In this document: positions 1-10,405 of the stretch, one piece after another
Position numbering within the stretch: the stretch's first letter is position 1
How the letters are laid out: every line of letters begins with the position of its first letter
NCBI GenBank assembly: GCA_963663545.1
Contig: OY760505.1
Span: 2,048,001-2,112,000 of the forward strand
DNA from: Candidatus Delongbacteria bacterium
GTDB taxonomy: Bacteria; CAIWAD01
Length of the DNA: 64,000 nucleotides
Reading direction: 5' to 3'
Notes under the pieces: generated by a model
The model's database searches: none
What the model saw: only the letters and a program-made list of their open reading frames with translations
Told to the model about the DNA's origin: nothing
Translations under genes and position numbers: made by a program

Positions 1-2688
1 TCTCCCGATGGGAGTGGCCCCAGTCTTGAGTTGATCCATCCTTCATTGAACAATGGTGCGGCCGAATCCTGGGCTGCTTCCATCGTGGATCTGGGAACAC
101 CTGGTGCGCAGAACTCCGTCTATGCCGAACCCGGTGGCGCACCGGTGATCAGTGAACTGACCATGAGCCCCGACTCGCCGATGCCCGGTGAGGCTGTTAG
201 CGTCTCTTGTGATGTGACAGACGAGGGCAGCGTAACACAAGTCCTGCTGGAGTGGAGCCTGAACGGTGTGACACAAGCTCCAATCAGCATGAGTGAGCAG
301 CGCGCGGCTTATACTGGTCAGATTCCGGCTCAGGCAGCAGGTAGCAGTATCGAGCTCTTCGTTCGTGCTACGGATAACGATAGTAACGAGACGCTTTCCG
401 ACACACTGAGCTACAACGTGTGTGACGAAGCTGCCGGTATTGTGATCAATGAAATCTTCTACAATCCTTCTACGGCTCAGGGCGCAGACGAGGATTTCGA
501 GTTCATCGAGCTCTACAATCCGACGGGTGCCAGTGTCGACCTGAGCGGCTGGAGCTTTACTGCTGGAATCGAGCACGTGTTTGCTGCCGGGACCAGCATT
601 GATGACGGCGAGTTTCTGGTACTCGCGCAGAACGCAGACTCCGTGATGAGCTACTACGGTATCAGCGGTGTGATACAGTGGGATAGTGGCGCCATCTCCA
701 ACGGCGGTGAGCAGCTGCAGCTGGTGAATGCCTGCGGTTCAGTGGCCGACGATTTGAGTTACGAAGATGGCGGCGACTGGCCCATCGAGGCCGACGGTTA
801 TGGTCCCAGCCTAGAGCTCTACAATCCATTGCTGGATAACGCGATAGCTGGCAATTGGACTGTTTCGCTAGTCGATGGGGGCACACCGGGCGCGATCAAC
901 AGCATCTTCCAGAACGACGCCCCGCCACTTCTGGAGAACATGAGTTTCGCCCCGCAGTCGCCGACATCGAGTGACGCACTGGTACTCGACATCGACGCCA
1001 CCGACGACCAAGGTATCGTATCCGTCATGGCTTGGATCGATAATGGCAGCGGTTTCAGCGCCTATCCCATGAGCCAGGTGCGCTCTACCTGGACCCTAAG
1101 TACAGGCCCCTGGGCCGATGGTGATCTGCTGGAGATCTATTTCGTGGCCGAGGACACCGGCGCCAATTCCACTCGGTATCCGGACAGCGACAACCTCTTC
1201 ATTCGCATTGAGGACAATCCCGTGGTCGATGGCGACATCGTCATCAACGAGATCAAGAGTGGCGACGATTGCTTCGGCGGCACAGACTGGTTTGAGTTGG
1301 TAAACACCATTGGCGAGAGCGTCGATTTGTCCCATTGGATCCTGAAGGACGACGATGACGCGCACTCCTTTGTGCTGCCCGCTGGCACTACGCTGGGCGC
1401 GGGTGAGTACCTGGTCATTGCCGAGGATGCCCTTGCCACCGGCAGTGATTACGGTATCACGAACATTCTGGGCGATCTCAGCTTCGGCCTGTCCCAGAGC
1501 GGCGACGCGGTGCGTGTCTTCAATGTCAATGGTGTGCTCATTGACGAAGTGTGGTACGATGTCGTGGCGCCCTGGCCGCTGCCGCCCGCAGGCCAGACCA
1601 ACAGCTTGAGCCTGATCAATCCCGCACTGGACAACAATCAGGGGGCAAGCTGGCAGGCAAGCGCCACGCCGTGCGGCACTCCCGGAGCCGCCAACAACAG
1701 CGATACCTATGCGCCCAACATGATCGCCTGGGGTGCTGTGGCTCCCACCGACATCCTCATCGGCTTCGACGAGGACCTTGGTGCAGCCTGCATTCCCACT
1801 GTCGGCAATTATCTGCTGGACGGTGTTCCCGCAGCGTCGGCCATTCAGTACACGCACACAGAGGTACAGATCACCTTCAACGTGAACATGGGCAGCGGTT
1901 TTGTAGGCACACTTGAGGTCAGCGGTGTTTGCGACGAGGCTGGAAATCCAATGGAGCCACGAACGGTGACCATCAACGTGGTGCCTTCCGGTGCGCTCAT
2001 CATCACCGAGATCCATCAGAATCCCGCCGCCGTTTCTGACGATTTCGGCGAGTTCTTCGAGATCTACAACTGGACGGCGCAGGACATCAACTTGAAGGGT
2101 GTCGAGCTGTACGATCTGGGCAGCGACTATGTGCTTCTGGAGGAAGTGTTGGTTCCCGCGCATGCCTACTTCGTCTTTGGCCAGAACGGTGATCCCGCCC
2201 TCAATGGAGGCCTGACGGTGGACTATGTGTACGGCAACGCTTTTACGCTGGGCAACGGCGACGACGAAATTGTGCTGCGTGCTGGCTACAACATGATCGA
2301 CCAACTGGCCTACGACGGCGGCAGCGAGTGGCCCGACCCCAATGGCATTTCGATGGAGTTGATTGAGCCTTTCTTGGATAACAACCTCGGTGCGAACTGG
2401 GTTGAAAGCACTCTTAGCTATGGCGCTGGTGATCTGGGAACGCCGGGCGCTCCCAACTCTACGATGCTTATTGACGCGCCGCAGATAGAGATTACGCTCT
2501 CAGGACAGGATGTGCTGCTAAACTGGGAAGCCGTTAGCGGTGCCAGCGCCTACGCTGTGTATGTGACCGACTCGCCCTACAACGGCACCTGGACGCTACT
2601 GGCGTCAACGGCGGAGACGAGCTATACCGATGTTAATGCGGTTTCGAATTCCGGCCACTACTACCAAGTATTGAGTGTTGTTGAATAA
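1..2688 (+). CDS. Large extracellular lamin-tail-domain (LTD) repeat protein, 5' truncated by the window edge
   Basis: Frame is open from base 1 (SPDGSGPSLELIHP...). Repeated LTD signatures IVINEI..NP / DFEFIELYN / VDLSGW / GTPGA.NS, Ig-like spacers, and a C-terminal W..V.GA..Y.VY module. Confidence 0.85.
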   Translation, partial: SPDGSGPSLELIHPSLNNGAAESWAASIVDLGTPGAQNSVYAEPGGAPVISELTMSPDSPMPGEAVSVSCDVTDEGSVTQVLLEWSLNGVTQAPISMSEQRAAYTGQIPAQAAGSSIELFVRATDNDSNETLSDTLSYNVCDEAAGIVINEIFYNPSTAQGADEDFEFIELYNPTGASVDLSGWSFTAGIEHVFAAGTSIDDGEFLVLAQNADSVMSYYGISGVIQWDSGAISNGGEQLQLVNACGSVADDLSYEDGGDWPIEADGYGPSLELYNPLLDNAIAGNWTVSLVDGGTPGAINSIFQNDAPPLLENMSFAPQSPTSSDALVLDIDATDDQGIVSVMAWIDNGSGFSAYPMSQVRSTWTLSTGPWADGDLLEIYFVAEDTGANSTRYPDSDNLFIRIEDNPVVDGDIVINEIKSGDDCFGGTDWFELVNTIGESVDLSHWILKDDDDAHSFVLPAGTTLGAGEYLVIAEDALATGSDYGITNILGDLSFGLSQSGDAVRVFNVNGVLIDEVWYDVVAPWPLPPAGQTNSLSLINPALDNNQGASWQASATPCGTPGAANNSDTYAPNMIAWGAVAPTDILIGFDEDLGAACIPTVGNYLLDGVPAASAIQYTHTEVQITFNVNMGSGFVGTLEVSGVCDEAGNPMEPRTVTINVVPSGALIITEIHQNPAAVSDDFGEFFEIYNWTAQDINLKGVELYDLGSDYVLLEEVLVPAHAYFVFGQNGDPALNGGLTVDYVYGNAFTLGNGDDEIVLRAGYNMIDQLAYDGGSEWPDPNGISMELIEPFLDNNLGANWVESTLSYGAGDLGTPGAPNSTMLIDAPQIEITLSGQDVLLNWEAVSGASAYAVYVTDSPYNGTWTLLASTAETSYTDVNAVSNSGHYYQVLSVVE

Positions 2689-2710
2689 TCCTTTATCGGT
2701 ATCTGTGCGG

Positions 2711-2740
2711 AAGCCGGCTCCTTGGGTCGGCTTTTTTTTT
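2711..2740 (+). terminator. Rho-independent terminator
   Basis: AAGCCGGCTC-CTTG-GGTCGGCTT hairpin followed by a T9 run, 23 nt after the stop. Confidence 0.85.
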
Positions 2741-2947
2741 GCCCAATCAAGCCAAGAGAGCGTAACGATGTTTTTCGCTTGCATAGTTGAGTAGCTTTGT
2801 TAGCTTCGCCGTGTCATAGTTTGCACAGGATCAAAGCCGGCGACTGCGCTTTGAGGGGTGTTAGAATCGGTCGTCTTCTGGTATGTTCGTGCCCTGCTCC
2901 TGGCCTGTGACGCGCAGTGTTGGTTGGTTCAAATCAGAGGAAACATC

Positions 2948-5254
2948 ATGCGCGAACTATTGTGCTCACTGGGCCTGTTCATCCTTGGCTCTTCCCTTAA
3001 CGCGGCTGTGGTGATCAACGAGATCCACTACAATCCATCGGGCGATCAGGGCGATGACAGCTACTACGAGTTCCTGGAACTGTACAACACGGAGGCCAGC
3101 CAGGTGGATCTTTCCGGCTGGGCCTTCACATCCGGCATCGACCTCTCTTTTGCGGCAGGGACGGTGATTGACGGCAACGGCTATCTGGTGCTGGCTCAGG
3201 ACGCGGCCAGCGTTGAGGCCTGGTACACGCTTAGCGACGTGATACAATGGGACGGCGGTGGACTTTCCAACAGCGGTGAGACACTGACATTGGTAGACGC
3301 GACCACAACCACGGTGGACGAGGTTGCCTTTGACGACGGCGGCGATTGGCCGGGCGAGCCCGACGGCGACGGTCCTTCGGCGGAGTTGACCAATCCTGCG
3401 CTGGACAATGGCGAGGGAGCCAATTGGAGCAGCTCGCTTGCGCTAGGGGGCACACCCGGTGCGCAGAATTCCGTCTACCAAAGCGACTCGCCGCCCAGCT
3501 TGAGCGATCTGACGCTTAGTCCGCAGGCGCCAGCCTCGACCACTTCGGTGCTGTTTCAGATTGTCGCCAGCGATGACAATAGCGTGAGCGGAGTCAGCCT
3601 GTGGCTGGACGAGGGCGCGGGTTTCAGCGAGATCGCCATGACCGAAACGGCTGGCCTTTGGGAGACGACCCGGGGCCCCTGGAGCGATGGTACGCTGCTA
3701 GGATACTACTTCGTCGCCGAGGACAACGCAGGCAACCAGACCACCTGGCCGGACGATCGCACGCTCTACATGCTGGTGGACGACAACCCTGCCCAGGAAG
3801 GCGATGTGGTGATCAATGAGATCAAGAGCGGCGACGACTGCTTCACCGGTTACGACTGGTTTGAGCTGATCAACACAAGTGCGAGCCAGATCGACCTTTC
3901 CCACTGGATTGTGCGCGACGATGACGACGACCACTACTTCCTGTTGCCCGCGGGTACGCTACTACCGGCTGGTGGCTACCTTGTGGTTGCCGAAGATGCC
4001 GCAGCCGTAGTCACCGATTACGTCATCAGCGACGTGATCGGCGACCTGCCCTTTGGCCTTTCGCAGAGCGGTGACGCGGTGCGCGTTTACAATGCCAACG
4101 ATGTGCTGCTAGATGAAGTCTGGTACGAGATCGAGTCGCCCTGGCCCTTGCCTCCGGTGGGACAGGTGGCCAGCTTGAGCCTGATCGACCCTGCGTTGGA
4201 CAACAACCTGGGCGAGAACTGGCAAGCCAGCGGTACGCCCTGCGGCACGCCTGGCAGCAGCAATGCCGTGGACACGGTTGGTCCCGAAATGACGGGCTGG
4301 GCCATGCTGAGCCTGACGGAGCTTCAACTGGACTTCAACGAGGAGTTGGACGCCACCAGTGCAGCAACAACGGCATACTATTCGCTGGGCGGTGTAGCGC
4401 CGCTTTCTGTGATACAATTCGAATCCGCTTCTGTGATCCTCACCTTTGCGGCTGACATCCCCGAGGGCTTTGTGGGCGAGCTGGCGGTCAGCGGAGTGAT
4501 GGATGCTGCGGGCAACGAAATGGATCCGGGCAGCCTGGTGATCAATGTGATACACGTGGGCAGCCTGGTGATCAACGAAGTGCATCAGAACCCGGACATG
4601 GTGCCCGACGAACTGGGCGAGTTCTTCGAGCTCTACAACGCCTCTGATGTCGAGCTGAACCTGCGCGGAGTGGCGCTCTACGATCTGGGGACGGACTATC
4701 TGGTGCTTGAGGCCATGCCCATTGCTCCCGGCGACTATCTTGTGCTGGGGCGCGAGGGAGACACGGCGCAAAATGGCGGTGTCACGGTGGACTACGTCTA
4801 TGGAAGCGCATTTACGCTGGGCAATGGCGCGGACGAAATCGTCCTGCAGATCGGCTACCTCATCCTTGACGAGATCGACTATGATGGCGGCTCTTCGTGG
4901 CCCGATCCGACGGGTGCATCCATGGAGCTTATCTCTCCCGAGCTTGAGAATAATCTGGGCTCCAATTGGTTTGTCAGCACTACGCCCTACGGCCTTGGCG
5001 ACTTGGGAACGCCCGGAGCGCCCAATACCAGCGCGATCGTCGCTCCCGAGATTCACATTGCGATGAGTGGTCAGGATGCTGTGCTCAGTTGGAACGAAAT
5101 CACCGGCGCCACCGGCTACGCGATCTACTACAGCGAAAATGCATACGGTACGAGCTGGAGCCTGCTGGCCACTTCCACCAGCAACAGCTTTACGGATGTG
5201 GACGCGATGAGCGCAACGCTGCGCTACTACAAAGTTGTCAGTCTGATCGAGTAA
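2948..5254 (+). CDS. Secreted lamin-tail-domain repeat protein, paralogue of the upstream gene
   Basis: ATG at 2948 after GAGG; signal peptide MRELLCSLGLFILGSSLNA; three LTD repeats co-linear with the upstream protein. Confidence 0.85.
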   Translation: MRELLCSLGLFILGSSLNAAVVINEIHYNPSGDQGDDSYYEFLELYNTEASQVDLSGWAFTSGIDLSFAAGTVIDGNGYLVLAQDAASVEAWYTLSDVIQWDGGGLSNSGETLTLVDATTTTVDEVAFDDGGDWPGEPDGDGPSAELTNPALDNGEGANWSSSLALGGTPGAQNSVYQSDSPPSLSDLTLSPQAPASTTSVLFQIVASDDNSVSGVSLWLDEGAGFSEIAMTETAGLWETTRGPWSDGTLLGYYFVAEDNAGNQTTWPDDRTLYMLVDDNPAQEGDVVINEIKSGDDCFTGYDWFELINTSASQIDLSHWIVRDDDDDHYFLLPAGTLLPAGGYLVVAEDAAAVVTDYVISDVIGDLPFGLSQSGDAVRVYNANDVLLDEVWYEIESPWPLPPVGQVASLSLIDPALDNNLGENWQASGTPCGTPGSSNAVDTVGPEMTGWAMLSLTELQLDFNEELDATSAATTAYYSLGGVAPLSVIQFESASVILTFAADIPEGFVGELAVSGVMDAAGNEMDPGSLVINVIHVGSLVINEVHQNPDMVPDELGEFFELYNASDVELNLRGVALYDLGTDYLVLEAMPIAPGDYLVLGREGDTAQNGGVTVDYVYGSAFTLGNGADEIVLQIGYLILDEIDYDGGSSWPDPTGASMELISPELENNLGSNWFVSTTPYGLGDLGTPGAPNTSAIVAPEIHIAMSGQDAVLSWNEITGATGYAIYYSENAYGTSWSLLATSTSNSFTDVDAMSATLRYYKVVSLIE

Positions 5255-5279
5255 TCCGCCGTTCAGCAAAGCACTTCCG

Positions 5280-5308
5280 GGGCCGATCCGTTTTGGGTCG
5301 GCCCTTTT
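5280..5308 (+). terminator. Rho-independent terminator
   Basis: GGGCCGATCC-GTTTT-GGGTCGGCCC then TTTT. Confidence 0.75.
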
Positions 5309-5373
5309 CAATACTACTTGCATCAATGCCGATAGACGCCTGGAAACCGAACTCTGGCCCCGCAGGAGCATGC

Positions 5374-6504
5374 ATGGACTCGCGCTTACCCCGAATTCTC
5401 TTTGTTGACGACGAACAGCACATCCTGAATGGAATCAAACGTATGCTGCGCGATCACAGCGACAAGTGGTCGTGCGAATACGTAACCAGTGCGTCGCTGG
5501 CGCGTGAGGCTATGGCCAGGGAGAGCTTCGATCTGGTGGTGCTGGACATGATGATGCCGGGGGAGAACGGACTGAGCCTGCTCAAGGACATCAAAGCCGA
5601 GGGGCGCGAGGATAGCCCCGAAGTGATTTTTCTGACGGGTATGCAAGAGGAAACGCTGAAACGCGAGACCCTCCAGCTGGGCGCCTTGGACTTGATGACC
5701 AAGCCGATTCAGCGGGACGATCTTGTAGCACGAATCTGCAGTTTGCTACGCGTCAAACGGCTGCGGGACAAGTTGCGCATGCAGCGCGATGACCTGGAGC
5801 GGCAGCTGATTCGTAGCCAGCAGATGGAATTGATTGGCACCATGTCTTCGGGTGCCATTCACGATTTGCGCAATGTGCTGGGCACCATCAGCGGCCACAG
5901 CGAACTCTTCCGCGCCAAGTTGCCGGCGGACTCTGTGCTGCAGCAGGATATCGAGACCATCATCAAGGCGGTCAGTCGCGGAACCAAACTGCTGGAGCAG
6001 ATACTGGGCATCGTGCGTAGCAGGCCGCAGGCCAACGCTTTCTGCAACCTGACGGATACCATCAACGAGTGCCTGGAAATGCTTAAGCCCATGGTGCCGC
6101 GAACTGTGTCGATCAGCTGGTTTCCGCCCGAGGAGCGAATCGAGGTGGACATGGATTCCATCGAGCTCTTCCAGGTGGTAATGAATCTGTGCATCAATGC
6201 GATGCAGGCAATGGAAAAGAATGGACAGATATTGCTGGAAAGCTGGTCTTCCTCCATCGAGTTCGGCACAGGCTTCGCTGAATTGCAGGTGAGGGACAAT
6301 GGTCCCGGCATGACCAGACAAGTGATGGAGCGCATTTTTGAGCCAGCCTTTACCACAAAGCAGGAGTCAGGCGGCAGCGGCTTGGGCCTGAGCGTGGTAC
6401 ACCGCATTATCAGCAATCGCGGCGGAAAGATTCGCGTGGACAGCGAGCCGGGGTCCGGAGCCAGTTTCCGTTTGATACTGCCTTTGCATGGCAAGCGCAA
6501 CTAG
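5374..6504 (+). CDS. Hybrid response regulator / histidine kinase (REC-HisKA-HATPase)
   Basis: ILFVDDE and LDMMMP (REC); H-box AIHDLRN; N-box NLCINA; DNGPG; GSGLGL. AGGAG precedes ATG 5374. Confidence 0.9.
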   Translation: MDSRLPRILFVDDEQHILNGIKRMLRDHSDKWSCEYVTSASLAREAMARESFDLVVLDMMMPGENGLSLLKDIKAEGREDSPEVIFLTGMQEETLKRETLQLGALDLMTKPIQRDDLVARICSLLRVKRLRDKLRMQRDDLERQLIRSQQMELIGTMSSGAIHDLRNVLGTISGHSELFRAKLPADSVLQQDIETIIKAVSRGTKLLEQILGIVRSRPQANAFCNLTDTINECLEMLKPMVPRTVSISWFPPEERIEVDMDSIELFQVVMNLCINAMQAMEKNGQILLESWSSSIEFGTGFAELQVRDNGPGMTRQVMERIFEPAFTTKQESGGSGLGLSVVHRIISNRGGKIRVDSEPGSGASFRLILPLHGKRN

Positions 6505-6529
6505 AAAACGCCAGTTAGCTCTGTGATAC

Positions 6530-6556
6530 AAAAAGGGCCGCTAAATGCGGCCCTTG
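6530..6556. terminator. Bidirectional terminator between convergent genes
   Basis: AAGGGCCGC-TAAAT-GCGGCCCTT, with an A run giving a U tract on the minus strand. Confidence 0.8.
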
Positions 6557-6575
6557 TGATACATGGTCGATGTGG

Positions 6576-8267
6576 CTATCCCAGGAAATCCAGCTCGCGC
6601 GGGCGATCGCTGCAGATCACTTCCAGGTTCGTGCGCATCATTGGCAGCATTTCAGCCAACCAACGACGAGCCATCACCGTCTTCTGCTGACTCACGCAGG
6701 CTTGATCGAGAAAGAGCCAGCCGACGTAAACGGCAATGGCCATGTCCACCAGACGGCGCGCCATCAGGTTGCGGTATTCTGTGTCACGGCCCTGCAGGTG
6801 CCCAATGGCCTCACGCAGCATCTCGCGTCCAACCTTTTGCCGCACATTCAGGCTGCGGATTTCGTCGGTTGTCCAGTTGCGATCCTCAAAGCTGTCCAGC
6901 AGCTGATCCATATCGCCGCGCAGCAGGCGGGGCAGTGCCCAGTCGATTTGAATTTGCGAAGTACCTTCGTAGATGTTCGTGATACGTGCATCGCGAAAGA
7001 GACGCTCGACGGGGTAGTCTTTCATGAAGCCGTTGCCACCGTGGATCTGAACCGATTCGCTGGCTACCTCATTGGCAATCTCAGCCGCGTAATACTTCAC
7101 CATGGGGGTCAGCAGATCAGCGGCGCGCGAGTACGTCTTCAGCTCCTGCTTGAGGTCCTTCTTCTCGGCAGCTTCCTGCATGTCCACGTAATAGCTGGTG
7201 GCGTAGAGCAGGCTGCGTGCGGCCTCGACCTTCATGCGCATATTGCTGATCATGGCTGCTACGGCGGGAATTTCGGCAATGGGCTTGCCAAACTGTTCGC
7301 GCTCACTCGCGTAGCGGCGACCTTCACGTAGCGCGGCTTCCGCCACACCAACAGCCTGTGCGGCGACACCCAGGCGGGCGGCGGCCATCAGCCAGGCCGT
7401 GTACTTGGTCAGGCCACGGCCGCGACGGCCAATGAGCTTGGCAGGTGCATTGTCAAAGTAGATCTCGCAGGTTGGGCTACCGTGGATGCCCAGCTTTTCT
7501 TCGATGCGACGAATCTGCACACGCTCGCTTTTGCGTGTTACAAAGAAGCTCAAGCCGCGACTGCCGCCGTATTTGGCGGGATCTTCGCTGCGGGCCAGCA
7601 CTAGCAGCACGTCGCCGCAGCCGTTGGTGATAAAACGCTTACTGCCCTTCAGCAGCCACTCGCCGGTCTCGGGATCTTGCTCTGCCTCGAGATCGGCCTT
7701 GGTGCGCACGGCTCCAAGATCGCTGCCGGCGTCGGCTTCGGTGAGAACCATCGCGCCGGTCTCTTCGCCGGTGGCCATCCGAGGCAAATACTCGGCGCAA
7801 ATGTCCTCGTCGGCGAACTGTTGAATTGTATCACCAATTCCCTGCAGGCCGAAGAAGTTCATCAGCGAAGCATCGGCGCGACTGATGATTTCGGTGGCGG
7901 CAGTGTAGAAGGTCTTGCTGAAGCCCATTCCGCCCCATGCCGGATCCAGCGTGATACCGGTGAGCTGCGCCTCGGCAAGATCGGCGAGATTGCGCTTGAG
8001 GCCTTCTGGAAAGACAACTTCACCGTCCACCAGACGGCAGCCTTCGGCATCCACTTCTTCGGCGCGCGGCGCAATGCGCTCGGCGGCCAGCGATCCCAGC
8101 GGATCACTCAGCATGTCGATGTTGGCTTCTTTGGCTTCTTCCAGGCTCTCGAAAGGACTCTCGGGCGCATCAATGTCGCCGCGAAGGTTCAGCAGGCTCT
8201 TCCAATCGACCATCTGCTCCATATGGAAGCGCAGGTCGGCATTGTCCAGGTAAAAATTGTCAGCCAT
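6576..8267 (-). CDS. Acyl-CoA dehydrogenase
   Basis: LTEADAGSDLG, KRFITNG, EEKLGIHGSPT, QIHGGNGFMKDY, IYEGT motifs. Confidence 0.93.
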   Translation of the reverse strand: MADNFYLDNADLRFHMEQMVDWKSLLNLRGDIDAPESPFESLEEAKEANIDMLSDPLGSLAAERIAPRAEEVDAEGCRLVDGEVVFPEGLKRNLADLAEAQLTGITLDPAWGGMGFSKTFYTAATEIISRADASLMNFFGLQGIGDTIQQFADEDICAEYLPRMATGEETGAMVLTEADAGSDLGAVRTKADLEAEQDPETGEWLLKGSKRFITNGCGDVLLVLARSEDPAKYGGSRGLSFFVTRKSERVQIRRIEEKLGIHGSPTCEIYFDNAPAKLIGRRGRGLTKYTAWLMAAARLGVAAQAVGVAEAALREGRRYASEREQFGKPIAEIPAVAAMISNMRMKVEAARSLLYATSYYVDMQEAAEKKDLKQELKTYSRAADLLTPMVKYYAAEIANEVASESVQIHGGNGFMKDYPVERLFRDARITNIYEGTSQIQIDWALPRLLRGDMDQLLDSFEDRNWTTDEIRSLNVRQKVGREMLREAIGHLQGRDTEYRNLMARRLVDMAIAVYVGWLFLDQACVSQQKTVMARRWLAEMLPMMRTNLEVICSDRPRELDFLG

Positions 8268-8295
8268 GATACGTCTCACAATTTGTAGCGGGCAC

Positions 8296-9240
8296 TTAGC
8301 CCAACAGGTCCAGCAGTTTCGGTATCACAACCGTCAGATCGCCAACGATGCGATAATGGGCCATCTTGAAAATAGGTGCAGCAGGGTCACTGTTGATGGC
8401 AACGATCATGCGTGCATCACGAATTCCCACCGCGTGCTGCACTGCGCCACTAATACCGCATGCGATGTACAGGTCGGGGCGAACCACCACTCCTGTCTGA
8501 CCGATCTGCCGTTCCGCGCTAACCCAGCCAGCATCCACTGAGGCGCGTGTGGCACCGATTTCACCGCCCAGGCGCTCAGCCAATTTCTGCAGTAGCGAGA
8601 AGTTCTCTTTTGTGCCCACACCTGCGCCGCCACCGATGATTACCTTGGCGTCCTTCAGGTTGACCGTCTTCTGCACAACCTCGCGGCGCTCCACCAGTAC
8701 TCTCAGCAGATCAGCATCCAGACCGGCGTCCAGAGACTCGACACGACCGGTTGTATCACCGCTTGCCGACTCGGCAATGCCGTCGGCCAAAGTGGCAACG
8801 GTACAACCATTTGCCATTGGCGCAAACCATGTGTGCGCGCGAGCATCGTACTCCAGGCGGCGGCAATGCAGGGCTTCGGCCTCCGGCTTGACGGCATCGC
8901 AATGCAGTGTGACACAAAGACCAAGCTCGCCAGCTACGCGCGGAGCGAGATCGTTGCCGATTGTAGAAGAGGGCAACAATACCGCCAGTGGCTGAAGCTG
9001 TGACACAAGATCTTCCAGCTTTTTCGCGTGGGGACGTGTGGTGTAGGGTTCAAGACCTTCGCCCTTGGCGGCATGGATCACGTCGGCCAGCGGAACACCG
9101 GCAGCCTCTGCGCCCAGTAGAATCGCGTGCAACTCGGCACCAGCCTGATCGGCTAGCTGGCGACCGCAGGACAGGCACTGCAGGGATAGATCGGTGACAC
9201 ATCCGCCGTCGTGCTCGACATAGACAAGAATCGCAGACAT
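8296..9240 (-). CDS. etfA: Electron transfer flavoprotein alpha subunit (EtfA/FixB)
   Basis: GATRASVDAGW, QIGQTG, PDLYIACGISGAVQH FAD-binding motifs. Confidence 0.93.
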   Translation of the reverse strand: MSAILVYVEHDGGCVTDLSLQCLSCGRQLADQAGAELHAILLGAEAAGVPLADVIHAAKGEGLEPYTTRPHAKKLEDLVSQLQPLAVLLPSSTIGNDLAPRVAGELGLCVTLHCDAVKPEAEALHCRRLEYDARAHTWFAPMANGCTVATLADGIAESASGDTTGRVESLDAGLDADLLRVLVERREVVQKTVNLKDAKVIIGGGAGVGTKENFSLLQKLAERLGGEIGATRASVDAGWVSAERQIGQTGVVVRPDLYIACGISGAVQHAVGIRDARMIVAINSDPAAPIFKMAHYRIVGDLTVVIPKLLDLLG

Positions 9241-9242
9241 GA

Positions 9243-10040
9243 CTACCTCCCCAGGATATCCTGCAACATGTTCTTCAGCTCGGCCTCGTTTTCCGGGTCG
9301 ACGGTGATACTGTCAACCTGGCGCGGCGGCACGGCTTCGTGTGTCACAACCCGGGTGGTCACCTTGGTTGCCAGATCAGCAAGGCCAAGATCGGCAGCAG
9401 CCCACTCTTCAATGGGCTGTTTCTTCATCTTTAGCTTGAGCATGGCCTTGGCACTGCGCGGAGTACGGGGATCGTCCTTTAATAGGTAGACGCCCAGAAC
9501 CAGCACGGAGCCACGCGGCACCCGCAGGAATTCGCTTCCCATTTCCACTTCGCGCTTGCACAGGAATCCCTGCTCGTTTACTTCGCTTAACGAGTCGACA
9601 TAGCTGACTTGATCAGAGCCCAGGCGAGCGGCCAACTCTGCTCCCAGCAGGCTGTTCTCTTCTTCTGGAAGTGAAACCCCCAGAAGCACAACGTCGTACT
9701 CGCCGATTTTGCGAATACCGGCTGCCAGTAGCTCTGCCGTGGCCGCGGAGTCGAGCTGAACGCCTTCAGGGGGCAGTAGGCGATGAACCGCATCCACACC
9801 GCGATAAAGGCATTCGCGCAACACGTCCACTTCTGCGGGCTGTCCAACAGAAAGAACCGTGACACGGCCGCCGTGCTCTTCTTTCAGCTGCAAAGCCTGT
9901 TCAAGGCTGTTCAGGTCTTCGGGCTCAAATCGGTGAGACAGTACGCCCGGCACCAGGCCGCCGTCACTTCCCACCACATCCGTCGCCAGGTCTCGCGTGT
10001 CCCAGGCTTCGCGGACGATGACGATACTGTGAATCGACAT
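9243..10040 (-). CDS. etfB: Electron transfer flavoprotein beta subunit (EtfB/FixA), divergent
   Basis: ALQLKEEHGGRVTVLSVG and LRECLYRGVD motifs; lies directly upstream of etfA. N-terminal and nucleotide-binding motifs are degenerate. Confidence 0.85.
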   Translation of the reverse strand: MSIHSIVIVREAWDTRDLATDVVGSDGGLVPGVLSHRFEPEDLNSLEQALQLKEEHGGRVTVLSVGQPAEVDVLRECLYRGVDAVHRLLPPEGVQLDSAATAELLAAGIRKIGEYDVVLLGVSLPEEENSLLGAELAARLGSDQVSYVDSLSEVNEQGFLCKREVEMGSEFLRVPRGSVLVLGVYLLKDDPRTPRSAKAMLKLKMKKQPIEEWAAADLGLADLATKVTTRVVTHEAVPPRQVDSITVDPENEAELKNMLQDILGR

Positions 10041-10095
10041 GGGATCGCTCCTGCTTGATCCTTGCTTGTCCTGTTAGCGGAATCTTCCGCTTGCT

Positions 10096-10398
10096 TCAGC
10101 CGACGCGGTACTTGACGCCTACACCGCCATCGGGAAAGTGCCACTCGATAGAGCCAGGTTCGCAGACCATCAGACAGGTTCCGCATTCCAGGCAGTTATC
10201 GTGTGACACGGTGATACGCGTCGAATCATTGGGGTCGACGCGATAGACACGAGCCGGACACAGCAGCACGCAGGGCTGCTCCGTGCAGCGACTGCAGATC
10301 TGCTCGTCCACCGTGATGTGCGGATGATCCGAGTCAGGCTCATAGCGCGTCCTGAACAGCCGGTCTTCCAGCGTGAGCTTGAATAGGTCCTCGCTCAT
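10096..10398 (-). CDS. fixX: FixX-like ferredoxin
   Basis: HITVD..ICSRC...PCVLLCPA, NCLECGTC, W.FP.GG.GV.Y; directly follows fixC. Confidence 0.9.
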   Translation of the reverse strand: MSEDLFKLTLEDRLFRTRYEPDSDHPHITVDEQICSRCTEQPCVLLCPARVYRVDPNDSTRITVSHDNCLECGTCLMVCEPGSIEWHFPDGGVGVKYRVG

Positions 10399-10405
10399 AT
10401 AGTCC

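Noticed and set aside
1096..5371. Long antisense ORFs (402 aa and 420 aa) opposite the LTD genes, and similar ones opposite lon, hcp and others
   Set aside because: Shadow ORFs expected from GC-rich codon bias; no motifs or RBS.
4966..5373. N-terminal extension of the REC-kinase ORF (also those of dtd, the 45292 ORF and the 58703 ROK ORF)
   Set aside because: They overlap real upstream genes or terminators; better RBS-supported starts exist downstream.
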